A stretch of DNA of 64,000 nucleotides, from the NCBI GenBank assembly GCA_018971045.1, contig JAGWVF010000004.1, positions 8,535 through 72,534 of the forward strand, given 5' to 3'. The notes under the pieces were generated by a model. That model searched no databases, was not told the DNA's origin, and was given only the letters and a program-made list of their open reading frames with translations. Origin of the DNA: Patescibacteria group bacterium. GTDB lineage: Bacteria > Patescibacteriota > Minisyncoccia > Phycocordibacterales > Phycocordibacteraceae. Position 1 is the first letter of the stretch, and each line of letters starts with the position of its first letter. The translations under genes and the position numbers were made by a program. Shown here one piece after another: positions 1 to 7,095 of the stretch.

Positions 1-12
1 GGTAGAGTCATC

Positions 13-204
13 ATGAGCAAGCAAGACACGCCCGAACAGGGCATGGTCACGCTGTGCGGCGTCCAGGGCTGCTGCCCCACGGTCGACTTCACGGACCCCG
101 CGAAGGTGGTCCTGAAGGACGATTTCGGCGGCCAGGTGCAGCTCACGCCCGAGCAGTGGGCCGACCTGAAGGCCAAGTTCGCCGCAGCCCCCAACCAGGG
201 CTGA
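13..204 (+). CDS. Small Cys-containing hypothetical protein (63 aa; reading frame stays open to the left window edge, so it may be partial). Weak resemblance to DUF397/BldB-like small proteins.
   Basis: ORF-track protein has 3 Cys in LCGVQGCC; CPTVDF...VVLKDDFGG..LTPEQWADLKAKF loosely matches the DUF397 pattern CVEVA...VRDSK..GP.L.F...W.AF; GC3 is near 95%, far above the rest of the window. Confidence 0.35.
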   Translation: MSKQDTPEQGMVTLCGVQGCCPTVDFTDPAKVVLKDDFGGQVQLTPEQWADLKAKFAAAPNQG

Positions 205-236
205 CCTGATCGACATCGTGCACGATGCCGTTCCCG

Positions 237-272
237 GCCCCCAATTGCGCAAGTGATTGGGGGCTGTTCCTT
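237..272 (+). promoter_or_regulatory. Hairpin GCCCCCAAT-N10-ATTGGGGGC with a partly U-rich tail between the small Cys ORF and the rSAM gene (attenuator/terminator candidate)
   Basis: 9-bp perfect stem; followed by TGTTCCTTCACC, then the AGGAG RBS of the rSAM gene. Confidence 0.4.
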
Positions 273-296
273 CACCAAACCTAGAGGAGTTGCCCT

Positions 297-1628
297 ATGT
301 GGTCCCAATATCTTCGTGTAAAGGAAAGGGGTGGCGTGGTGGCGGTGTTCCACGAACTTCATCCTGATCCAATCTTCTGCTCTTCGGAGCAGTGGGAAAG
401 TCTTCAGGCCGGTGTCACTGAAGGCGCCGATGCGCTTATCAGCGATCTCAGGAGGCGCGACTTGCTGATCGAGAATCCCGAAGAAGATCATACGGAGTTT
501 CTCGACGTCGCGACAAAGCTTGAGCGCAAGCTCAATCAGCCGACGATTCTGTATCTGATGACCGCCCAAGGATGCAATCTCCGTTGCGGATATTGTCCCG
601 TGCCGGGGATTGCAAAACGGTACGGGGAGACACTCCTTACTGCAGAGGATGCCTTTGCGGGTATCGATTTATGGGAGGAGCATCTGCAAGAGGTATACGA
701 TCCGCTCCTGCAGTACTTTGTCATTTTCTATGGCGGCGAGCCACTGCTGAACAAAGCTGTAATTGAAGCCTCACTGGGTTATATCAAGAACAAGAAGTCG
801 ATTGGCGCATTGCCAACCAATCTCAACATCATGATCGCCACTAATGGGATCTTGGTTGACGACGAGATCATCGCCCTGTGTCAGGAGCACGCGGTGATGG
901 TTGCGGTTGGTCTTGATGGACCACAAGCACCGAATGACGCGTTGAAAGTTGATCAGTGTGGCGAAGGAACGTTCGATCGGATTGTTGCGACAATCCGTCG
1001 GCTCGTCCAAAGCAACATTAGGACGTTCGCGTCGGTGAGCATTACGCCCTTCAATATCGATCACATAGCGGAGTACGCTGGTTTCTTCAGTGAATTAGGA
1101 GTCGAGAAGTTCGGTTTTAATTTTCTGAAGGGTCGACTACTTCTTGAAGTGGTGGGTCGCGAAGGTCTTGATACCTACTACCATCAGGCGTCGCGCGGCA
1201 TCATTCAGAATTCCCGGCGACAGGGCGCACGCGGCTTCGAATACCAAATGGAGAAAAAGCAGACTGCCTTCGACAATGGAGATTTCTTTCCGGTCGATTG
1301 CACCTGCTATGGCAACCAGTTGGTTATCCAACCTGACGGGCAAATCTCAAATTGCCCGTTCACCAAGACGTGGCTCGGCCACGTGAGGAGTGTGGGTACC
1401 GACTTCCGAATCTGGAATCAGCCGATCGTGAGGAAGTGGAGGAAGAGGTTGCCGCTCTATCATCCTGGGGAGGCCAAGGCCGTTTGCGGTGGAGGGTGTG
1501 CCTGGGGTTCGCAAGAGCTCAAGGGAGATCCGCTCGCCGTAGACGATTCAAGTCGAATTTTCTCTGAAGAGGTGCTCGATGAACTCATCTGGTCGCGATA
1601 CGACAGGCTCAAGTCTGGGCAGACCTAA
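297..1628 (+). CDS. Radical SAM / SPASM-domain enzyme (peptide- or protein-modifying maturase candidate), with a ~90-aa N-terminal extension
   Basis: CNLRCGYC = Cx3Cx2C radical SAM cluster motif; FYGGEPLLN glycine-rich SAM motif; C-terminal SPASM-type Cys set CTCYGN...NCPF...AVCGGGCAWG; AGGAG Shine-Dalgarno 7 nt upstream of the ATG. Confidence 0.85.
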   Translation: MWSQYLRVKERGGVVAVFHELHPDPIFCSSEQWESLQAGVTEGADALISDLRRRDLLIENPEEDHTEFLDVATKLERKLNQPTILYLMTAQGCNLRCGYCPVPGIAKRYGETLLTAEDAFAGIDLWEEHLQEVYDPLLQYFVIFYGGEPLLNKAVIEASLGYIKNKKSIGALPTNLNIMIATNGILVDDEIIALCQEHAVMVAVGLDGPQAPNDALKVDQCGEGTFDRIVATIRRLVQSNIRTFASVSITPFNIDHIAEYAGFFSELGVEKFGFNFLKGRLLLEVVGREGLDTYYHQASRGIIQNSRRQGARGFEYQMEKKQTAFDNGDFFPVDCTCYGNQLVIQPDGQISNCPFTKTWLGHVRSVGTDFRIWNQPIVRKWRKRLPLYHPGEAKAVCGGGCAWGSQELKGDPLAVDDSSRIFSEEVLDELIWSRYDRLKSGQT

Positions 1629-2430
1629 GTTCGGGATTATCGGAGGTTCGGGAATGTGCTCATTCCCTGAACTGAAGTTGATCTCGAGGATCAGGCCCGA
1701 GACGAAGTACGGTTCACCATCCGACGATATCTTGATTTGCGAGTACGGTGGCCAGTCGGTGGCATTTCTTCCCAGGCATGGGTCGAAGCACACGCTGGCG
1801 CCGCACAAGGTTCCCTACAAGGCAAATCTCGCCGCTCTTCGGGAGGTGGGGGTCGAGTATGTAATCGGCACTTGCATTGCCGGGAGTCTCAAGAAAGACA
1901 TTGCTCCCGGCAGTCATGTGCTACTCGACCAATTCGTCAACCTTACCTGGGGGCGCGACGACTCGGTTGAGGCGGATGGGTCATTCGTTCATTTACCGAT
2001 GGGGGAACCCTACTGCAGTCATGTGCGTCGAGCGATGCTCGAGGTCGCGGGCGTGTCGGGTATCGCGATTGTTCCGCAGGGAACCGTTGCGGTGATACAG
2101 GGACCTCGATTTTCAACCGCTGCCGAAAGTCGTTGGCTCTCAGGCAACGGTTGGGACGTGGTGAACATGACACAGTATCCAGAGTGCTACTTCGCTCGCG
2201 AGCTCGGACTCTGTTACGCGGCGATCGGTGCCGTGACGGATTACGATGTGGGACTTCAAGAAACCCTCGTGATAGACCCGCAACGAATGGACGCAATCCT
2301 CGAAGTCTTCAAAGGTAATGTCCAAACGACGAAGAATCTGCTCCTTGCATTCATTGAACGCGCAATTCCCAAACTCTCCTGCAAATGCGCGTCGGTTGTG
2401 CTCAGGGCCTACTACGAGAGTTCTTTATGA
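1579..2430 (+). CDS. mtnP: S-methyl-5'-thioadenosine / 5'-deoxyadenosine phosphorylase (PNP_UDP_1 family)
   Basis: N-terminal KFGIIGGSG; PHKVPYKANLAALREVGVEYVIGTCIAGSL typical of MTA phosphorylase; 50-nt overlap with the upstream rSAM gene; AAGAGG RBS. Confidence 0.8.
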   Translation: MNSSGRDTTGSSLGRPKFGIIGGSGMCSFPELKLISRIRPETKYGSPSDDILICEYGGQSVAFLPRHGSKHTLAPHKVPYKANLAALREVGVEYVIGTCIAGSLKKDIAPGSHVLLDQFVNLTWGRDDSVEADGSFVHLPMGEPYCSHVRRAMLEVAGVSGIAIVPQGTVAVIQGPRFSTAAESRWLSGNGWDVVNMTQYPECYFARELGLCYAAIGAVTDYDVGLQETLVIDPQRMDAILEVFKGNVQTTKNLLLAFIERAIPKLSCKCASVVLRAYYESSL

Positions 2431-2475
2431 ACCCCCCGTCGGAGAACGATCTTCTCCGACGGGGGTTCTCGTTTT
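2431..2475 (+). terminator. Rho-independent terminator (14-bp GC-rich stem, then TTCTCGTTTT)
   Basis: CCCCCGTCGGAGAA-cgatc-TTCTCCGACGGGGG followed by a U-rich tract immediately after the mtnP stop. Confidence 0.7.
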
Positions 2476-2567
2476 ATGCTATTGCTACTATGATAATTTT
2501 ATGGCATTCTGATCTCGGAGCAAAGAACATTTGCATTGTGACTTAATGTAACTCTCTCGAAAGGAAT

Positions 2568-4250
2568 ATGAGCATGTTAAAGGCTACAAAGCTTCAGAAA
2601 AGTTACGGGTCGTTACCCGTGCTTTCTGACGTCTCCTTTTCCCTCGAGCGAGGACAGAAGGTGGCGTTAGTCGGCAACAACGGAACAGGTAAGACAACCT
2701 TGCTCAAAATGATTGCCGGGCTTGAGCACCCGGATGGCGGCACGCTAGAGATAGTTCAGGATGCCTGCGTCGGCTATCTCCCTCAAGACACCAATCTTGT
2801 CGAGGACGTATCCGTCTCGGTGTATCTAAGGAGCATCTCTGGCATTGCCTCTCTTGAGAAGGAGATCGAGGAACTTTCGAAGGACCTCGACGATCCTCGA
2901 AAGGCGAGGCGGTACAGCGAAGTGCACGAGCAGTACGAGCATCTCAATGGGTACGCTTTCGATCGCCGCATGGAAGTGATGTTGGCGGGTTTCGGACTCG
3001 ACCCTATTGGCATTGACCACAAACTGTCCAGCCTCAGTAGTGGGCAGAAAAGTAAGGTAGCGCTGGTGGGCATTTTGCTCAAAGGTGTCGACCTGCTGTT
3101 GCTAGATGAGCCGACAAATAACCTCGACTTGCCTGCGCTTGTTTGGCTTGAGGATTACCTTAAGAAGAGCGAGGCGGCCTGTATCGTCGTCTCTCACGAC
3201 CGTCGATTTCTCGATCGGGTGGTGAAAAAGGTCTTCGAGCTGGACTGGCATACCCATTCTCTCACGATCACGGGAGGTACCTACAGCGACTATCTCGAAA
3301 TGGTTGCGAAGCGGATCGCTCGACAGAAGGAAGACTATCGCATTCAACAAGAAGAGATTGAAAGGCTGAGCGATAAAGCACGCGACAAGCGTGCCGATGC
3401 GGCTCGCGGCGCTCGCTGGATGGGGAAGGATAACGACAAATTCCTCAGAGGCTTCAAGCGCGATCAGGCAGGGAAGTCTGCACGCGTTGCCAAGGCAATC
3501 GATAAGAGGATCGAACAAATGGACAAGGTCGAAAGACCAATCGAACGAGATCCATTTGAGATCCCCCTTGAGGCTGAAGTGAGTTCCGGGGGACTTCATG
3601 TGAGTGCTATCGACGTTGTCGCGGGGTATCGTGATGGCTTCCAGATCGGCCCTGTGTCGTTTGAGCTGCGGTACGGAGATAGAATCGGCATCATGGGGCT
3701 TAACGGCAGTGGGAAATCAACTCTGCTGAAAACCCTCACCGGTCAAATGGAACCACTGAGCGGCAGGATTGAAATTGGCTCCGGCATCAGAATTGGCAAC
3801 ATGATGCAAGAACATGAGACCCTGCCTCGGGAATGTACGTTGCTCGAGTTCCTTACCGAACGAGAGCACCTGACTCGTCAGGATTCCTATGCCAAGCTCG
3901 CCAGATTTGGTTTCGACGAAAGGCAAGTAACTCTGCCTATCGGCACTCTGAGTCCTGGGGGTCGAGCACGGCTCCTCCTCGCTCTGTTCTCGGCGCAGTC
4001 GGTCAACATGCTAGTACTAGATGAGCCGACAAATCACCTCGACCTCGAGGCGCTCGAAGCCCTGGAAGAGATGATGAGGACCTATCGAGGTACAGTAGTG
4101 CTCGTCTCGCACGATCGCTACTTCCTCGAAAAGGCTTCACTTGGTGTTGTGTACGTTTTGTCCGAAGGGGTACTCACCAGGATCCCTGACTACAAGGCGT
4201 ACGAGGCCTCAGCGGAGGAGCGAGCACGAAAGCTACTGAAACTGCTGTAA
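2568..4250 (+). CDS. ABC-F family ATPase (two tandem ABC domains, no TM domain; EttA/Uup/ARE-like)
   Basis: Two Walker A motifs (GNNGTGKTT, GLNGSGKST); two ABC signatures (LSSGQKSKVAL, LSPGGRARLLLA); two Walker B motifs (LLLLDEPTNNLD, LVLDEPTNHLD); inter-domain linker; AAGGAA RBS. Confidence 0.85.
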   Translation: MSMLKATKLQKSYGSLPVLSDVSFSLERGQKVALVGNNGTGKTTLLKMIAGLEHPDGGTLEIVQDACVGYLPQDTNLVEDVSVSVYLRSISGIASLEKEIEELSKDLDDPRKARRYSEVHEQYEHLNGYAFDRRMEVMLAGFGLDPIGIDHKLSSLSSGQKSKVALVGILLKGVDLLLLDEPTNNLDLPALVWLEDYLKKSEAACIVVSHDRRFLDRVVKKVFELDWHTHSLTITGGTYSDYLEMVAKRIARQKEDYRIQQEEIERLSDKARDKRADAARGARWMGKDNDKFLRGFKRDQAGKSARVAKAIDKRIEQMDKVERPIERDPFEIPLEAEVSSGGLHVSAIDVVAGYRDGFQIGPVSFELRYGDRIGIMGLNGSGKSTLLKTLTGQMEPLSGRIEIGSGIRIGNMMQEHETLPRECTLLEFLTEREHLTRQDSYAKLARFGFDERQVTLPIGTLSPGGRARLLLALFSAQSVNMLVLDEPTNHLDLEALEALEEMMRTYRGTVVLVSHDRYFLEKASLGVVYVLSEGVLTRIPDYKAYEASAEERARKLLKLL

Positions 4251-4258
4251 AGCACTTG

Positions 4259-4295
4259 GAACCCGGGCGGGCGCAGCTTGCCCCGGGTTCCTTTC
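4259..4295 (+). terminator. Hairpin AACCCGGG...CCCGGGTT after the ABC-F stop
   Basis: 8-bp inverted repeat with a GC-rich loop, followed by CCTTTCATAAT. Confidence 0.45.
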
Positions 4296-4307
4296 ATAAT
4301 AATCCAC

Positions 4308-4946
4308 ATGATCAAATCAGAACGAATCGCGAAGAAAATAAATGAACAAATATCCGTATGGGGGAATGACCATGCGAAGTTAATTATTGCTATTGAGGGG
4401 TATGCCGGCTCGGGGAAGACGACGGTTGCTGAATATCTCGCAAAAGGGAATACCAACGTGGCTGTCTTGCACCTCGATGATTTCATTAAGCCCTGGGAAG
4501 ATCGGAAGCGACTGATGAACAATGTTGGTGACAAATCAAAAGTATTTGAATACGAATGGTATCGCTATGACGATCTGGAGAAAGTACTCAAACAATTCAA
4601 GGTGAAGAAGCGGGGTGTGATGAAATACAAGGCATACGACTTTAATAAAAATGACTTTGGTCCGGCGAAGTCTCTTGACCTATCAAAAAAGATTTTGGTA
4701 ATTGAGGGTATCTTTCTCCTTCACCAAGAACACGCTATAAGCGCGCTTTGGGATAAAAAAGTGTATCTCGATATTAATTTTGCAAAGGCCGACCGAATGA
4801 GAATTGCAAGAGAAAAGAAGAAGTGGGGCAAGGCGTATCTCCCAGAAGCTCATATTGATAACTGGACCAAATACTTCAAGATTGCCTATCGAAGATATGT
4901 AAAAGAGCACAAGCCGCAGCGCATGTGTGGCTTGAGGTTTGAGTAA
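4308..4946 (+). CDS. Uridine kinase / PRK-family P-loop nucleoside kinase-like protein (low-GC gene)
   Basis: IAIEGYAGSGKTT Walker A; LHLDDF; KILVIEGIFLL; ...LDINFAKADRMRIAREKKKWGK parallels the uridine kinase architecture; about 42% GC versus about 60% core; the longer ORF starts at 4278. Confidence 0.55.
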   Translation: MIKSERIAKKINEQISVWGNDHAKLIIAIEGYAGSGKTTVAEYLAKGNTNVAVLHLDDFIKPWEDRKRLMNNVGDKSKVFEYEWYRYDDLEKVLKQFKVKKRGVMKYKAYDFNKNDFGPAKSLDLSKKILVIEGIFLLHQEHAISALWDKKVYLDINFAKADRMRIAREKKKWGKAYLPEAHIDNWTKYFKIAYRRYVKEHKPQRMCGLRFE

Positions 4947-4958
4947 AAAAAGGCAATA

Positions 4959-6065
4959 GTGGGTTACATGCTCAAGATAGGCATCGTCGGATTACCGAAC
5001 GTGGGGAAGTCTACGCTTTTTAATGCGCTCACCAAGGCGAGCGTGCCTGCCGAGAACTATCCCTTCTGCACGATTGATCCGTCGGTGGGCGTGGTTGGAG
5101 TGCCGGATACACGGCTTCGCCTGCTCGCCGAGTTCTCTCACAGTGAAAAGATCATTCCAGCGGCGATCGAATTTGTTGATATCGCCGGACTCGTGAAGGG
5201 AGCCTCTGAGGGCGAGGGGCTCGGGAACCAATTCCTCGCGAATATTCGCGAGACCGACGCGATCCTCGAAGTGGTGCGCTTCTTCGACGACACCGCTGTC
5301 ATCCACGTTGATAATGATGTCGAGCCGTATAAAGACATCGAAGTGATTAATCTGGAGCTGATTCTGGCCGATGCCGAACAGGTACGGAAACGCCGCGATA
5401 AGATCGCGGGTGACGTGAAGCGCGGATTAAAAGAGGCGATCGCCGAGGAGGCCGCGCTCGCTCGTCTCTCGCAGGCCTTTACCGCGGGCGCTCTGGCGCA
5501 GAGCGCCCGCCTCACCGAGAGCGAGATAAAAGCGGTCGCGCCCCTCAATCTCCTCACGATGAAGCCGATTCTCTATGCGCTCAATAAGAAGAGCGGCGGA
5601 CATAATCTCGATGAGCTCGCGGACGGCCGCGCGGAACGCGCCCATGAGCTTATCCGCATGCTCGGCGGCCGTTCTCTCTACCTTGATGCGGCAGTCGAGC
5701 GGGAGCTCAATGATGTTGCCGATGACGATAAGGCCGGCTTTCGCCAAGAACTCGGCGTCCCTGACGACGGGCTCGCCGGACTCATCATCGCCGCGTATGA
5801 AACGCTCGGACTCATTTCTTACTTTACGACCGGCAGGGACGAGACGCGCGCCTGGACGATCAAGCGAGGCAGTACTGCGCCCGTAGCGGGTGCGGCTATC
5901 CATAATGATTTCTTGAATAAATTCATCCGCGCGGAAGTCATCTCTTGGAAAGATCTTCTTACGGCCGGCTCCTATGCCGCCGCCCGCGAGAAGGGCCTTG
6001 TCCGTACGGAGGGGAAGGAGTACGTCGTCAAGGACGGCGACGTTATCGAATTTCTTCACGGCTAA
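4959..6065 (+). CDS. ychF: Ribosome-binding ATPase YchF
   Basis: MLKIGIVGLPNVGKSTLFNALT G1 motif; C-terminal TGS domain ...EYVVKDGDVIEFLH. Confidence 0.9.
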   Translation: MGYMLKIGIVGLPNVGKSTLFNALTKASVPAENYPFCTIDPSVGVVGVPDTRLRLLAEFSHSEKIIPAAIEFVDIAGLVKGASEGEGLGNQFLANIRETDAILEVVRFFDDTAVIHVDNDVEPYKDIEVINLELILADAEQVRKRRDKIAGDVKRGLKEAIAEEAALARLSQAFTAGALAQSARLTESEIKAVAPLNLLTMKPILYALNKKSGGHNLDELADGRAERAHELIRMLGGRSLYLDAAVERELNDVADDDKAGFRQELGVPDDGLAGLIIAAYETLGLISYFTTGRDETRAWTIKRGSTAPVAGAAIHNDFLNKFIRAEVISWKDLLTAGSYAAAREKGLVRTEGKEYVVKDGDVIEFLHG

Positions 6066-6093
6066 GCCGCTTTATTATGGTATAATTTCATAT

Positions 6094-7053
6094 ATGGAAA
6101 AACCAAAAACAACGGCAAAGGATTTCTTCTTCTGGGCTGGCGCGATCGTGGCGCTCTATTGGACCGTTATCGCGTATGTCGCGCTCATTTTTGATTACAT
6201 CAATTACACCTTTCAGAATCCGCTTTCGTATCTGCCGATCGATCCATACCAGAGCGGGATCAGCTACGAGATGGCGTCGGTGATTGTTCTTCTGCCGATC
6301 TATGTGCTCTTGCGGCGGCTCATCCGCCGCGACGCCGCGCGCGATCCTTCGCGAAACGAGATTTGGGTCCGCCGCTGGGCGCTTATTTTCACCCTCTTTC
6401 TCGCGGGGATTGCAATGGCGGGCGATCTCATCGTTCTTCTCACTACGTTCCTGAACGGCGAGGAGCTGACGGTGAACTTCCTTCTGAAGATATTCGTCAT
6501 CTTCCTGGTGGCCGCCGGCATATTCATGCATTTCATCTCGGATCTTCGCGGCTACTGGAATAGGTTTCCCAAGCGCCGGCAGTCGGTGGTTATCGGAGTC
6601 GGCGCGCTCGCGCTCGCGACCGTCCTCGCGGGATTCGTGATTGTCGGAACTCCGGGGCAGGCGCGCCTCGCGCGCTTTGACGCTCAGAAAGTCGCTGATC
6701 TTCAGAATATCCAGTATCGCGTCATCAATTACTGGCAAGCGAAGCAGGTGTTGCCGACGACGATCGGGGACCTCGCCAACTCGCTTTCGTACGGCGCGCT
6801 TCCGACCGATCCGCAGACGAAAGCCGCGTATACGTACCGGGTGACCGGCGCGACCTCCTTCCAACTCTGCGCCGCGTTCAATGAGGCAAGTCGGACGAGC
6901 GAGGGAGCGCTGTTAAGCCCTCCTGCCGCAGAGCCCGAGGTATCCGGAGCGTACGGGATCAAAGAGAATAATTGGATGCATCAAGCCGGCTTTTTCTGCT
7001 TCGATCGCGTGATTGATCCGAGTTTCTACCCGCCTCTTAAAGCGGCGATGTAA
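6094..7053 (+). CDS. Polytopic membrane protein with a C-terminal type IV pilin-like domain (hypothetical)
   Basis: 4-5 predicted TM helices in the N-terminal 190 aa; then a TM-like segment SVVIGVGALALATVLAGFVIVG followed by ARLARFDAQKVADLQNIQ...PTDPQTKAAYTYRVTG.TSFQLCAAF, resembling the pilin C-terminal DP...Y.Y....Y.LCA motif; ATG at 6094 (the N-terminal part of the track ORF overlaps ychF). Confidence 0.6.
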   Translation: MEKPKTTAKDFFFWAGAIVALYWTVIAYVALIFDYINYTFQNPLSYLPIDPYQSGISYEMASVIVLLPIYVLLRRLIRRDAARDPSRNEIWVRRWALIFTLFLAGIAMAGDLIVLLTTFLNGEELTVNFLLKIFVIFLVAAGIFMHFISDLRGYWNRFPKRRQSVVIGVGALALATVLAGFVIVGTPGQARLARFDAQKVADLQNIQYRVINYWQAKQVLPTTIGDLANSLSYGALPTDPQTKAAYTYRVTGATSFQLCAAFNEASRTSEGALLSPPAAEPEVSGAYGIKENNWMHQAGFFCFDRVIDPSFYPPLKAAM

Positions 7054-7095
7054 TTAGGATTGCGGCGTCGGCTGAAGCCAGAGCGTCTATTCTCC

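Noticed and set aside
5974-6093. N-terminal 40 codons of track ORF 5974..7053
   Set aside because: Overlap the ychF 3' end in another frame; real start is the ATG at 6094, preceded by a TATAAT-like box.
6088-6864. 258-aa minus-strand ORF
   Set aside because: Antisense to the membrane/pilin-like gene; Arg-rich.
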